In this document: piece after piece, positions 28,791 to 40,410 of the stretch
Numbering within the stretch: the first letter of the stretch is position 1
Layout: each line of letters begins with the position of its first letter
Assembly (NCBI GenBank): GCA_050251875.1
Contig: JBFWMA010000003.1
Span: 128,001 to 192,000 of the forward strand
DNA from: Deferribacterales bacterium
Lineage (GTDB): Bacteria; Chrysiogenota; Deferribacteres; Deferribacterales; Geovibrionaceae
Length of the DNA stretch: 64,000 nucleotides
Reading direction: 5' to 3'
The notes under the pieces: model-generated
What the model was told of the DNA's origin: nothing
Database searches by the model: none
What the model saw: the letters and a program-made list of their open reading frames with translations, nothing else
Position numbers and translations under genes: made by a program

Positions 28791-30163
28791 TTAATCCCTC
28801 CAAGCTCGTGGGTCAGAACGTCCGTCAGTTCAGGATAGCGGAATCTGAATCCGCTGTTAAGCAGTTTTTCCGGATAAACGTTGGCTCCGGAGAGCAGAAC
28901 TTCCCTGCCCATCTGCCCGAACATCTTTTCTACAATATATGAAGGAATTTTTAAAAATCTCGGTCTTTTGTAATATTTCGCCAGAGTATCGGAAAATTTC
29001 CTGTTTGTCATGGCGTGGGGAGTCGTCAGATTTACGGCGCCGGAGAGGGATTCCGTCTCTATGACATGAGATGTGGCGTATAACACATCGTCCAGAGAGA
29101 TGTAGCTCATGTACTGTTTTCCGCTGCCGAATATGGGACCCAGCCCTATAGAGAAGGGCAGAGCCATCCTCGCCAGCGCACCGCCGGCGGGTGTCAGCAC
29201 AACGCCTATCCGCATGAAAACGGTTCTGATTCCATGCTCGGTGGCGGGTTTGGCGGCGTCTTCCCATTTTTTGCATACTTTAGATATGAAGTCATCGCCG
29301 TGTCTGGCGTTTTCGGTTATGACGGTGTCGCCCCTGTTGCCGTAAAAGCCTATGGCGGAGGCGCATATGAATGTTTTCGGCGGGTTCTTCATCTTAGCCA
29401 GAGTGTTGGCGAGCAGCGCCGTGCTGCGCACTCTGCTGTCGATGATCTCCCTTTTTTTCATGTCGGTCCACTTGCCCTCGCCTATGGGCTCTCCGGTCAG
29501 GTGGATTACCACATCGGCGTTTTCGAATTTTTCTTCTATAATGCCCGCATTCGGGTTCCAGCATACGTCCCCGATGCACAGTTTCGATTTGTCACGCAGG
29601 AGTCTTATCACCTTGTGTCCCTGCGTCTGAAGAAAAGGTATCAGAGCCGACCCCAGCACTCCGGAAGAACCGGACACCACTATGGTCTTCGGCTTGGGTT
29701 TGTATTCCTCATAGAATTCTATGTCGTTTTTGCACACGTCCTCTCTGTATCGGAACATTCTTTCCAGTTTTTTTCTGGCGAACCCTCCGGCTACCGCTGT
29801 GGAGATCTGGTGCAGAGGCAGCTGATAGTCCACATGATCCTTCACCGTGGTTACGCCGTTATTTTCAGAGAAATAGTGCGAGTGTTCCCACAGAGCGAAG
29901 GGACCTTTTTTCTGTCTGTCTTTAAAAAACTTGTCTTTTTCATAGATGAGATGTTCCGCGTGCCACGGAACGGAAAGCATGCCCATTTTCAGAGAGATGT
30001 TGCAGACACCCCCCTCTTTAATTCCCCCTTCTTTATGAATGAGCGATATTTGCTCCCACGGAGGGCTCAGACGAAAGAGCGCTCCCTCTCTCTCGTGCCA
30101 GTCAAAGACAGAAGAGACAGATGAGTTAATAAATGTTTCGTGTTCAATAAATTGTTTAGACAT
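28787..30163 (-). CDS. TIGR01777 family NAD(P)-dependent oxidoreductase with N-terminal SRPBCC domain
   Basis: N-terminal FDWHEREGA...LSPPW...GPFALWEHSH; GSSGVLG, SAIGFYG, RIGVVL, GQMGREVLL. Confidence 0.88.
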   Translation of the reverse strand: MSKQFIEHETFINSSVSSVFDWHEREGALFRLSPPWEQISLIHKEGGIKEGGVCNISLKMGMLSVPWHAEHLIYEKDKFFKDRQKKGPFALWEHSHYFSENNGVTTVKDHVDYQLPLHQISTAVAGGFARKKLERMFRYREDVCKNDIEFYEEYKPKPKTIVVSGSSGVLGSALIPFLQTQGHKVIRLLRDKSKLCIGDVCWNPNAGIIEEKFENADVVIHLTGEPIGEGKWTDMKKREIIDSRVRSTALLANTLAKMKNPPKTFICASAIGFYGNRGDTVITENARHGDDFISKVCKKWEDAAKPATEHGIRTVFMRIGVVLTPAGGALARMALPFSIGLGPIFGSGKQYMSYISLDDVLYATSHVIETESLSGAVNLTTPHAMTNRKFSDTLAKYYKRPRFLKIPSYIVEKMFGQMGREVLLSGANVYPEKLLNSGFRFRYPELTDVLTHELGGIK

Positions 30164-30533
30164 CTTTATGATTTTAAATCTAAAAAGGAGCGATGGCAAC
30201 ATAACTATAAATATGTGGAAGATTTTTTTATTGCGGATAACGAAAAAGGAAAATAAAATAGTATTGGCTGATACATATTGCTGATATTAAGTTTTTTCTC
30301 AGGTATCTCTGCGCTATTGGTTTTCCGTATAGCGTTTTTTGTGTGTAAGTGATTTAAGTATAAGTGCATCTTTATTATTCATTCTGAATTTTATTAAATT
30401 ATTTGTCATGATTTTCAAGTTTTTCTATCATTTTAAAGTTTTTTTGTTGTATATATCCTGTTAACAAATTTTGCATTGATGTTTTTTATAATGTAATGTA
30501 AAACATAGTATCATTTCTGATTCGGAGGTGGGT

Positions 30534-31523
30534 ATGTCACTCATGCAGAAGTTCTGGGATATTGCAAAGGCAAGAAACAAAACAATAGTCCTGCCGGAAG
30601 GAAGCGACGAAAGGACCATTGACGCCGCTAATGCCATAGCTGAAAACGGGCTTGCCAATGTTATCGTCCTCGGTAACGAAGCTGATATTAAAAGCATGTT
30701 TGATTCAAAAGGGTACAAGGTACGCTGTACAATAATTGACCCTGCTAAAAGCGAATATTTAAAAGATTTTACAGATACATATTATGAAAGCAGAAAATCA
30801 AAAGGCATGAGCAGAGAGGAAGCGGAGGAATCCATGAAGGATGTTCTCTATTTCGGCTCTATGCTGGTTCAGAAAGGTATAGCGGACGGAGCCGTCACAG
30901 GCGCCGCACACACCACAGGAGATGTTCTGAGAGCCGCAATCCGTGTTATCGGAACAAAGAAAGGCATGAAGACAGTCTCCAGCTGTTTTATCATGGTTAC
31001 ACCTAAACCCGAATTCGGAAAAGACGGTGCCGTGCTTTTTGCCGACTGCGCTGTTATCCCCAACCCGGACGCCCAGACACTGGCGGAGATAGCCGTTGCC
31101 ACAGCGGACAGCTGCAAGGCTTTTCTGGAAACAGAGCCTAAGGTGGCTATGCTGTCATTCTCCACCAAGGGAAGCGCCCAGAGCCCAGAAACAGAAAAAG
31201 TTATAGAAGCTACAAAAATAGCTAAATCCATAGCTCCTAATCTCAAGATAGACGGCGAGCTTCAGGCGGACGCCGCTCTTCTGGCGGCTGTCGGAGCGAA
31301 AAAAGCTCCCGGAAGCGAAGTGGCGGGTTCTGCCAACGTTCTTGTCTTCCCGACACTTGACGCCGGAAATATAGGGTATAAACTTGTTGAAAGGATAGCC
31401 GGAGCTGAGGCTATCGGACCCGTTATACAGGGTCTCGCTAAACCTGTTAATGACCTCTCCAGAGGTTGCAAATACATGGATATCGTCAATGTGGCGGCTA
31501 TAACGGCCGTTCAGGCTGACTAG
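30534..31523 (+). CDS. pta: Phosphate acetyltransferase
   Basis: [44 protein letters not shown]. Confidence 0.97.
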   Translation: MSLMQKFWDIAKARNKTIVLPEGSDERTIDAANAIAENGLANVIVLGNEADIKSMFDSKGYKVRCTIIDPAKSEYLKDFTDTYYESRKSKGMSREEAEESMKDVLYFGSMLVQKGIADGAVTGAAHTTGDVLRAAIRVIGTKKGMKTVSSCFIMVTPKPEFGKDGAVLFADCAVIPNPDAQTLAEIAVATADSCKAFLETEPKVAMLSFSTKGSAQSPETEKVIEATKIAKSIAPNLKIDGELQADAALLAAVGAKKAPGSEVAGSANVLVFPTLDAGNIGYKLVERIAGAEAIGPVIQGLAKPVNDLSRGCKYMDIVNVAAITAVQAD

Positions 31524-31536
31524 GGGGTTTATTCAG

Positions 31537-32790
31537 ATGGATATTCTCGCTCTTAACTGCGGCAGTTCATCGGTTAAGTACCAGCTCTATGACTGGAACA
31601 ACAAAAAAGTAATCGCAAAAGGCGTGGTTGAAAGAATCGGTATCGGCGATTCATTCATCGTTCACGAAGTTCCCGGAAAAGACACAGTCAGAGAGGAATA
31701 TGAGTGTCACGACCACTCCACCGCCATCGGACTGATAGTTAAGACCATGTCCAGAGGAGCCAACGCTGTTCTCGACAGCATGGAGCAGATATCCGCTGTG
31801 GGGCACAGAGTTGTTCACGGCGGCGAGGTTTTCGCCCGAAGCGTTCTTATAGACGAAGAAGTGGTGAAGACCATCGAAGACGTTGCCCACCTCGCTCCCC
31901 TGCACAACCCGCCCAACCTCGCCGGCATCAGAGCCGCTCAGAAAGTAATGCCCAATGTTCCACACGTTGCTATATTCGACACGGCATTTCACCAGACAAT
32001 GCCTGACTATGCATATACATATCCCGTGCCCTATGAATGGTATGAGAAATACGGCGTCAGAAGATACGGTTTCCACGGAACCAGCCACCTGTACGTTTCC
32101 AAGCGCGCGGCTGCGCTCCTGGGCAAACCCGCTTCAGAATGCAATATCATCACCATGCACATAGGCAACGGTGTTTCTCACACAGCTATCAAAAACGGCG
32201 TGTCCGTGGATACGTCTATGGGTCTCACACCCCTTGAGGGAGCTGTGATGGGTACCAGATGCGGAGACGTTGACCCTGCCGTACCTCTTTTCATGATGCA
32301 GCAGCTCAACATAGACGCGAAAACCATGGACAACCTGCTGAATAAAAAATCAGGCGTACTGGGTATCACAGGCAGATTCACCGACAGACGCGATGTTATC
32401 ACCTGCGAAGATGACGACTACAAACACCGCTGTACACTCGCCCTCGAGGTGGAGGCATACAGACTGCGTAAATACATCGGCTCATACTATGCCGTTCTGG
32501 GCAGAGTGGACGCCATCGTGTTTACCGCCGGCGTGGGCGAAAACGCAGGTCTCATCCGCCAGATGGCTATAGAGAATCTGGAAAATATGGGTATCAAGGT
32601 GGACAGAGAGAAAAACCTCGGCACCTTCTCCAAACACGGCGAGACAGAGATATCCACCCCCGATTCGAAGGTTAAGGTATTTGTAATTCCCACAAACGAG
32701 GAGCTCGTTTTCGTTGAAGACGTGGTCGCCATCCTGAATGGATCATACAAAGACCACACAGAGTATCCTTATACATTTCTTAAAAAGTAA
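31537..32790 (+). CDS. ackA: Acetate kinase
   Basis: LNCGSSSVK, GHRVVHGG, APLHNP, YGFHGTSH, FTAGVGEN, PTNEE. Confidence 0.98.
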   Translation: MDILALNCGSSSVKYQLYDWNNKKVIAKGVVERIGIGDSFIVHEVPGKDTVREEYECHDHSTAIGLIVKTMSRGANAVLDSMEQISAVGHRVVHGGEVFARSVLIDEEVVKTIEDVAHLAPLHNPPNLAGIRAAQKVMPNVPHVAIFDTAFHQTMPDYAYTYPVPYEWYEKYGVRRYGFHGTSHLYVSKRAAALLGKPASECNIITMHIGNGVSHTAIKNGVSVDTSMGLTPLEGAVMGTRCGDVDPAVPLFMMQQLNIDAKTMDNLLNKKSGVLGITGRFTDRRDVITCEDDDYKHRCTLALEVEAYRLRKYIGSYYAVLGRVDAIVFTAGVGENAGLIRQMAIENLENMGIKVDREKNLGTFSKHGETEISTPDSKVKVFVIPTNEELVFVEDVVAILNGSYKDHTEYPYTFLKK

Positions 32791-32810
32791 CAGCTATAAT
32801 AGTTTATAAG

Positions 32811-32840
32811 AGAGCCCGCAAATAATGCGGGCTTTTTTTT
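32811..32840 (+). terminator. pta-ackA intrinsic terminator
   Basis: AGCCCGCA-AATAA-TGCGGGC followed by T8. Confidence 0.9.
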
Positions 32841-32890
32841 ATCTAATTATAATTTTCCCCTTTAAAAATACCAAAAGAGTCCTATAGTAT

Positions 32891-33006
32891 GTTTTAGAGC
32901 AACTAAAAAAAAGGAAACCCCCTTTTGATCCTCAACCACCCGTTAAGAAAGGCATTCAAAATGCCTCCTCTATTTTAAAAGGCACGGTCGCCCCCGTGCC
33001 TTTTTT
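32891..33006 (+). ncRNA. Candidate small RNA (four tandem hairpins ending in an intrinsic terminator)
   Basis: Upstream TTTAAA-N16-TATAGT; stems at 32892-32908, 32909-32926, 32950-32966 and 32977-33004 with T6; no ORF. Confidence 0.4.
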
Positions 33007-34249
33007 ATTTACAAAAACCTTTTTCTTTCAATTCATTCAGCCATTCACAGTTTTTAAGGCGGCAGGCAGCTTGCGCATCGGCACACATGAGTTGTGTATT
33101 CCCCATTGCCTCATAAGCCTGTGATCGTAACAATAAAGCCTGAATATTGTCAGGTTTTTGTTTTAACAGAGAAGTAAGTGTCGCCACAGCGCTTTCGTTA
33201 TTTCCTGAGTCCATATGATATACAGCCAGGGTAAGAAGAGTGTATGTGTCATTGGGGTAAAGTTTCGATATTGCGGTCAATTCTGTGACAGCGGCATTGT
33301 GGTTGCCGCTCATATACAGAGCCTGTGCTTTGTACTGATGGAGAATTTTTGAAACGGGTCGTTTGATAAGAAGCTGATCAATGAGGTCTAGAACGGTTTT
33401 GTAGTCATGCCTGTCAATACCGTAAATAAGCACAAGCTGTCTCAGAGCCATGTCGTGCTCAGGGTCATATTCAAGTGCGCTTTTATAATCTTCAATAGCT
33501 TTATCAGTTAATAGAGAGGATTCATAGATAACAGCTCTCAAAAAGTATGCGTCACTAAGCTCAGGATCAAGGTTCAGCGCTTTATTGGAATAATCGAGCG
33601 CAGTCTGAAAGTCATCAGGACCTGCTCCTTCGCCGGTAATAAGTTTCGCCGCTTCGTACGCATATTCGGTGGCTTTAATGATATTGGCTGACTTGTTGTT
33701 ATTTCTGCTGAGAGCCTTCTGCTCCTGGGTCAGATTCTGCTTTTTTGCATCATCTGTTGTCCGCATCAGCTCCTGTTCCAGTTTGATCGCTTTTTGCTCC
33801 AGAATTCTGTTGTTTTCAAGCTGCTCATCGAGTTTTTTCTGGAGGGCATCGTACTGTGAAATGAGAATAGAGTTATTTATTATTTTTTCCGCATTCTCTT
33901 TTAGATTATCAGTCTCCACGCTTGCTTCCACAGTAACTTCAATAATGAATACCCCGTTTTCAACCAGATTACTGACCTTTGTGATTCTGGTGCTTAAAAG
34001 CCCTGCGGCGGCGGCTTCCAGTTCATCCTGTTTAATCACGCCATTCTCCACAGATGTGTATGATTTGATGAAAGTTCCGGCTTCTTCGATAATGCTCCGC
34101 TTGGCATCGGCAATGGCGAATATTTTTGCATCATCGGCAGATTGAGAGGTGCCTATTATCTTTCTGACTGTTTTTGTGTATGTTTTTGTTTCCGCAAAGG
34201 CGTATTGAAGTGTGAATATTAGAAAGACAGATATGAGAAGTCTTAACAT
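33005..34249 (-). CDS. Exported TPR-repeat protein
   Basis: Signal peptide, coiled-coil segment, TPR repeats (ALNLDPELSDAYFLRA, ALEYDPEH, LLKQKPDNIQALLLRS). Confidence 0.85.
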   Translation of the reverse strand: MLRLLISVFLIFTLQYAFAETKTYTKTVRKIIGTSQSADDAKIFAIADAKRSIIEEAGTFIKSYTSVENGVIKQDELEAAAAGLLSTRITKVSNLVENGVFIIEVTVEASVETDNLKENAEKIINNSILISQYDALQKKLDEQLENNRILEQKAIKLEQELMRTTDDAKKQNLTQEQKALSRNNNKSANIIKATEYAYEAAKLITGEGAGPDDFQTALDYSNKALNLDPELSDAYFLRAVIYESSLLTDKAIEDYKSALEYDPEHDMALRQLVLIYGIDRHDYKTVLDLIDQLLIKRPVSKILHQYKAQALYMSGNHNAAVTELTAISKLYPNDTYTLLTLAVYHMDSGNNESAVATLTSLLKQKPDNIQALLLRSQAYEAMGNTQLMCADAQAACRLKNCEWLNELKEKGFCK

Positions 34250-34373
34250 ACATCACCTCATAAAAAGATAGGAATATATTGTAAGTATGCCACAAATGTT
34301 GAAAATACACTATGTTGCTTTTAATCGTAACCCCTGCTATTGTAGTATACTTATTAAAGTATATGGGAAATGA

Positions 34374-35402
<1,029 letters not shown>

Positions 35403-36746
35403 ATGGCGAAGAAAAAAAGCCGTTATGTCTGTCAGTCCTGCGGATATGTTTCGCCGGGCTGGATAGGAAAATGCCCCGAATGCGGAAGCTGGAGCAGTTT
35501 TGCCGAAGAGATCGAAGAACCGGAAGTTTCGTCATCATCTAAAGGCGCCAGACACGAGCCGAGAGTAAAACCCGCTAACCTTAGAGACGTTAAAGGTCTG
35601 GAAACCGAGCGCACAGGCACGGGTATTTCCGAGCTGGATCAGGTTCTGGGCGGCGGACTGGTAAAGGGCTCTGTGATTCTGGTGGGCGGCGAGCCGGGCA
35701 TAGGCAAATCCACAATCATGTTACAGACAGCGGGCATACTGACCCGTGGTAATAAAAAAGTGCTGTATGTTTCCGGCGAGGAATCATCATCACAGATAAA
35801 GCTGAGAGCGGACAGGCTGGGCACAGGCACGGCGGACATACAGATTCTGCCTACCAACAGTCTGGAAGATGTTCTGAGCGCTCTGGATGAGCAGAGATAT
35901 GATTATGTCGTTATGGATTCCATACAGACCATAGCCTCAGCGGATCTGAACTCCGCGGCGGGTACGGTGGGGCAGGTGCGCCACGTTACATACCGCATGG
36001 TGGAGACCGCCAAGAGCAGAGGCATCACCGTTATGATAGTCGGTCAGGTGACGAAAGACGGGTATATCGCCGGTCCCAAGCTCCTGGAACATCTGGTGGA
36101 CACTGTGCTCTATTTCGAGGGCGACTACAGCAGAGGTCTGAGGATTCTCAGATCGGTCAAGAACAGATTCGGTCCCACTAACGAAGTGGGCATTTTTGAG
36201 ATGAGCGATAAAGGGCTGATAGAGCTGAAAGATTATTGCTTTGCCGATGATACTGCCGACAAAACGGCGGGAAAGATAAACGTTCCCGTGATAGAGGGCA
36301 CCAGAGCTTTTCTGGTGGAGGTACAGGCGCTTGTCGCTCCCACCTTTTATCAGTTTCCCAAAAGAAACGCCATGGGCATAGATGTCAACCGGATGAATAT
36401 GCTCCTTGCCGTTCTGGACAAGAAGGGTGGACTCAATCTGGCGGGAAGCGATGTTTATGTGAACGTGGCGGGCGGAATGAAGATAACGGAGACCAGCGCC
36501 GATCTGGCTCTCTGCGCCGCTATCACCTCATCATACAGAGAGAGGGCGATATCGCCTAAAACCACCTTCATTGGCGAGGTAGGGCTGACAGGTAGCATAC
36601 GAACCGTCTCGAACATTAAGAGCCGGGTCGCTGAATGTTATAAAATGGGGATAAGAAAATTTTATCTCCCTGAGAAAGTCGAGTTTGACAAAGAGATAGA
36701 AATCGTTTTAACTAGGGATATATCATCTTTTCTTGATATGCTTTAA
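35403..36746 (+). CDS. radA: DNA repair protein RadA/Sms
   Basis: C4 zinc finger, GEPGIGKST, KNRFG, C-terminal Lon-like domain. Confidence 0.97.
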   Translation: MAKKKSRYVCQSCGYVSPGWIGKCPECGSWSSFAEEIEEPEVSSSSKGARHEPRVKPANLRDVKGLETERTGTGISELDQVLGGGLVKGSVILVGGEPGIGKSTIMLQTAGILTRGNKKVLYVSGEESSSQIKLRADRLGTGTADIQILPTNSLEDVLSALDEQRYDYVVMDSIQTIASADLNSAAGTVGQVRHVTYRMVETAKSRGITVMIVGQVTKDGYIAGPKLLEHLVDTVLYFEGDYSRGLRILRSVKNRFGPTNEVGIFEMSDKGLIELKDYCFADDTADKTAGKINVPVIEGTRAFLVEVQALVAPTFYQFPKRNAMGIDVNRMNMLLAVLDKKGGLNLAGSDVYVNVAGGMKITETSADLALCAAITSSYRERAISPKTTFIGEVGLTGSIRTVSNIKSRVAECYKMGIRKFYLPEKVEFDKEIEIVLTRDISSFLDML

Positions 36747-36758
36747 TAGGAGTAAAGA

Positions 36759-37526
36759 ATGGGACTTCTTAAAGGAAAAAAGGCTCTGGTGTTCGGTGTT
36801 GCCAACAACAAAAGCATCGCTTACGCCATCGCCCGCAATTTTATTGAGCAGGGAGCTGAGGTTGCCTTCAGCTATGCCGGCGAAAAACTCTTAAGCAGAG
36901 TGGAAAAAGTGTCCGAGGAACTGGGGGGCAAGTTTATCGTGCCCTGCGATGTTACCAAGGATGAAGAGATAGAAGCGTGCATGAACACAGTGAAGGAGAA
37001 ATGGGGTAAATTCGATATCCTCATCCACTCTGTGGCATATGCTCCCGGAGACGCTCTGAAAGACAGATATGTGGATACCAAGCGTGAGGATTTCAAAATG
37101 GCTCTGGATATCAGCGCCTATTCTCTGGTGGCTATCACAAAATATGCCGAGCCCCTCATGAACGAAGGCGGAAGCATCATCTGCATGTCATATCTGGGCG
37201 CTGAGAGAGTTATAAAAAATTATAACGTAATGGGCGTGGCTAAGGCGGCTCTGGAAGCCTCCACAAGATATCTCGCCGCTGATCTGGGCGTGAGCAAGAT
37301 CAGGGTGAACGCTATCTCCGCCGGTCCTATCAAGACTCTGGCGGCAGCGGGAATATCCGATTTTAAAAAGATTTTCAACCATATAGCGGAGAACGCTCCC
37401 CTGCGTGACAACTGCACACAGGAAGACGTGGGCAAAACAGCCGTTTATCTCGCCAGCGATCTGTCATCCGCCGTCACAGGCGAGGTGATATATGTGGACA
37501 ACGGATATAACATCATCGGTCTTTAA
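36759..37526 (+). CDS. fabI: Enoyl-ACP reductase FabI
   Basis: GVANNKSIA, YNVMGVAKAALE, NAISAGPIKTLAA. Confidence 0.96.
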   Translation: MGLLKGKKALVFGVANNKSIAYAIARNFIEQGAEVAFSYAGEKLLSRVEKVSEELGGKFIVPCDVTKDEEIEACMNTVKEKWGKFDILIHSVAYAPGDALKDRYVDTKREDFKMALDISAYSLVAITKYAEPLMNEGGSIICMSYLGAERVIKNYNVMGVAKAALEASTRYLAADLGVSKIRVNAISAGPIKTLAAAGISDFKKIFNHIAENAPLRDNCTQEDVGKTAVYLASDLSSAVTGEVIYVDNGYNIIGL

Positions 37527-37610
37527 TGATACGGTAAATTACTGCTTTTTTTGATATATTACATCTGTCCCCTGCCATCCGGCGGGGGATAGTGCTTTCA
37601 GGGCGGATTA

Positions 37611-38387
37611 ATGTCTGAAAAAAACATTGTGGTCAGCGTCAAAAATCTGAATTTTTCATACGGCACTCAGGAAGTTCTGAGCGGAATCAATTTCGATATC
37701 CGTGAGGGTGAGTTTCTCACCGTAATAGGACCCAACGGCGGCGGCAAGAGCACGCTCCTTAAGATACTGCTGGGTATACTGAAACCCGGATCAGGCGATA
37801 TAAAAATCTTCGGGCAGAGACCGGGCATGTCGAAAAAAGTCGGCTATGTGCCTCAGAATGTCACAGCGGGCAGAGGCTTTCCCATCACTGTGGAGGAAGC
37901 GGCGCTGATGGGCAGGATGCTGGTGAAAGGCGGACGGACACAGCCTCAGGACAGAGAGTTTATCAGAGGAGTTCTGGACGAGCTACAGATTCTGAACGTG
38001 GCTAAGAACCGCATGGACGATCTGTCCGGCGGACAGCGCCAGAGGGTGCTGATGGCTAGGGCGCTGGCATCCGAGCCGGAGCTTCTGTTTCTGGACGAGC
38101 CCGCCTCCAGCGTGGATATGGAAGGACAGGTCAGGATATATGATCTGCTGGCAAAGCTGAACGAAAAGATGACGGTGGTGGTTGTCAGCCACGACCTTAC
38201 CATAATACCGAAATACGCCACCTCAGTGGCTTGTGTGTCTAAAACTCTGCACAAGCATGATGAGGCGGAGGTCACCCACGACATGCTTCACGAGGCATAC
38301 GGAGTGACTCCGGAGATGCAGGAGAACTGCCCTCTGGAGCTGATAGCCCACGGACACCCCCACAGGGTTCTGAAGGAGCACGAGTGA
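37611..38387 (+). CDS. znuC: Zn/Mn ABC transporter ATPase (ZnuC-like)
   Basis: GPNGGGKST, VGYVPQ, LSGGQRQR, His/Cys-rich C-terminus. Confidence 0.85.
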   Translation: MSEKNIVVSVKNLNFSYGTQEVLSGINFDIREGEFLTVIGPNGGGKSTLLKILLGILKPGSGDIKIFGQRPGMSKKVGYVPQNVTAGRGFPITVEEAALMGRMLVKGGRTQPQDREFIRGVLDELQILNVAKNRMDDLSGGQRQRVLMARALASEPELLFLDEPASSVDMEGQVRIYDLLAKLNEKMTVVVVSHDLTIIPKYATSVACVSKTLHKHDEAEVTHDMLHEAYGVTPEMQENCPLELIAHGHPHRVLKEHE

Positions 38388-39199
38388 TGGATATTTTACA
38401 ATACGGATTCATACAGAACGCTATCATGGCGGGGATTCTGGCATCGATAGCCTGCGGGATAATAGGCTCGCTGGTGGTGGTGAACCGCATAGTTTTCATA
38501 TCGGGCGGAATTGCCCACACTGCTTACGGCGGGGTGGGGCTTGCTTTTTTTATGGGGATATCCCCTCTTCTGGGCGCAGGATTTTTCGCCGTTGCCGCCG
38601 CTGTGGTTATGGCTCTGATAACGCTGAACAACAAGCAGAGAGCGGATACCGTGATAGGCGCTATGTGGGCGTTCGGAATGGCGTTTGGTATAATACTGGT
38701 CGATCTGACGCCGGGATACGGCGTTGACCTGATGAGCTATCTTTTCGGAAGCATTCTGGCTGTGCCGGACACCGACCTTGTTTTCATGGCGGTTCTGGAC
38801 GTTGTTATCATAATATACATACTGGCTTACTACAGACAGATCCACGCTGTCAGCTTCGACACGGAATACGCCGCCAGCATGGGCGTGCGCACCGGATTCG
38901 TCTATACTTTCATGCTGGTTATGTGCGCTCTGGCTGTGGTGCTTCTCATCCGTGTGGTGGGGCTCATACTTATCATCGCCATGCTCACCATTCCGCCTTT
39001 CATAGCGGAGAGGTGGTCGGCGTCTCTGAAAAAAATGATGGTGATATCCAGCCTTTTGTCTCTGGTTTTCACCCTCGCTGGGCTTTATCTTTCATACATA
39101 TTCAACATAACGTCAGGCGCCAGCATCATCGCAGTGTCTTCGTTAGGTTTCTTCTTTCTTGTCGGATACGATAAATTGAAGAGTATGTTCAGAAGTTAG
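38384..39199 (+). CDS. znuB: Zn/Mn ABC transporter permease (ZnuB-like)
   Basis: ABC-3 motifs IAHTAYGG, SYLFGSILAV, FDTEYA, VVGLIL. Confidence 0.85.
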   Translation: MMDILQYGFIQNAIMAGILASIACGIIGSLVVVNRIVFISGGIAHTAYGGVGLAFFMGISPLLGAGFFAVAAAVVMALITLNNKQRADTVIGAMWAFGMAFGIILVDLTPGYGVDLMSYLFGSILAVPDTDLVFMAVLDVVIIIYILAYYRQIHAVSFDTEYAASMGVRTGFVYTFMLVMCALAVVLLIRVVGLILIIAMLTIPPFIAERWSASLKKMMVISSLLSLVFTLAGLYLSYIFNITSGASIIAVSSLGFFFLVGYDKLKSMFRS

Positions 39200-40214
39200 T
39201 CTGTCTCAGCTTGTTCTGTCTTTTCACTTCATACATGGCTCTGTCGGCGAGCTCTATCAGTTCCTGAATGTGTGTCGCGTCATCCGGAAAGATAGCCAGA
39301 CCCATACTGGCGTTCAGGCGGAGCACTTTGTCCTCGAACTCCAGAGGAGTTTTCATAGCGTCATAGAGTCTGTTTATCAGGCTTTCGCCTTCGTCACGCT
39401 CGCTTATGCTCTCTATTATTATGCCGAACTCATCGCCGCCCAGCCGGGCAACTCTGTCGTTCAGACCGGATGTGTCTTTCAGTCTGCCTGCGAACTCTGT
39501 GATGGCGGCATCGCCGGCTCTGTGTCCGTATGTGTCGTTTATGGTTTTCAGACCGTCCATATCGATTATCACTATGCCTATCTTGTGGGATCTTTCCACC
39601 GCTTTGTCGAAGATTTTTCTGAGATTGTCGAAGAAGGCTGATCTGTTGCTGAGCTGCGTCATGGAATCTTTGGTGGCACGGATAAAAAGCTCATCCACGG
39701 CGTAGTTGGCGGCATGGAACATAGAGGCTGCCAGCATGTCGGTTATCAGAGACAGACAGCAGATATCAGCATCGCCGAAGGATGCCTGTTTGGAAGATAT
39801 GACTTTAAGCACGCCAACGCATGTGTTGCTGTGGATCAGAGGCACGACAGCCATAGATCTGGCGTTTACCTTAACGCAGGCGGCTTTATCCACCCTTTCG
39901 TCATTATATGTGTCTTCGCTGTATAGGATTTCCTGTTTGCTGACGCACATGCCGGAAAGGCTGGTTTCCTTTTTCAGTCTGAGCCCCAGAAAAGACGCCA
40001 GACTGCCTGAAACGGCTCTGTAGACCATCTCGTCCTGTTCCGCCAGCTCGACAGTGGCGCCATCGGCGTTCAGAAGAGACTGCGCCTTTGTCGTTACCAG
40101 AGACATGACGGTACCCAGATCGGGTCCAGCTTTGGTGATCTCTGACTGTGCCTCGATAATTTCGAGAAGTTTATCTTTGTCCGGAAATACAACACATTGT
40201 TTATAATTCAGCAT
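39189..40214 (-). CDS. GAF-GGDEF diguanylate cyclase
   Basis: GAF domain; DMDGLKTINDTYGHRAGD; ARLGGDEF. Confidence 0.92.
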   Translation of the reverse strand: MLNYKQCVVFPDKDKLLEIIEAQSEITKAGPDLGTVMSLVTTKAQSLLNADGATVELAEQDEMVYRAVSGSLASFLGLRLKKETSLSGMCVSKQEILYSEDTYNDERVDKAACVKVNARSMAVVPLIHSNTCVGVLKVISSKQASFGDADICCLSLITDMLAASMFHAANYAVDELFIRATKDSMTQLSNRSAFFDNLRKIFDKAVERSHKIGIVIIDMDGLKTINDTYGHRAGDAAITEFAGRLKDTSGLNDRVARLGGDEFGIIIESISERDEGESLINRLYDAMKTPLEFEDKVLRLNASMGLAIFPDDATHIQELIELADRAMYEVKRQNKLRQTNF

Positions 40215-40410
40215 TGGCAGGGCTCTGTATATAATTAAATTACATCAAATATATCAATGTCGAATAATCCGGTCAAGTAATAAAAATTATTCACTTGAGC
40301 CTTTCTTATAAAAATATAATGGCGCATGGCATATGTTGCTGTATACTAAACTGAGTCGTTAAATAAACTCGCTTGATTTTTACTCTGTTATTTATTAGGC
40401 TGTAAGACTA

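Noticed and set aside
30200..30530. Long AT-rich spacer upstream of pta as possible oriC, or Rex/Fnr sites
   Set aside because: No DnaA-box cluster and no convincing consensus match; most likely a divergent promoter region.
32891..33006. GTTTTAGAGC start and GGCAC...GTGC-T6 end resemble a type II CRISPR repeat and a tracrRNA 3' end
   Set aside because: Only a 10-nt match, single copy, no spacers and no cas genes in the window; kept only as a generic sRNA candidate.
34250..34373. LexA/SOS box upstream of ruvB-radA
   Set aside because: No match to LexA motifs I can recognise.
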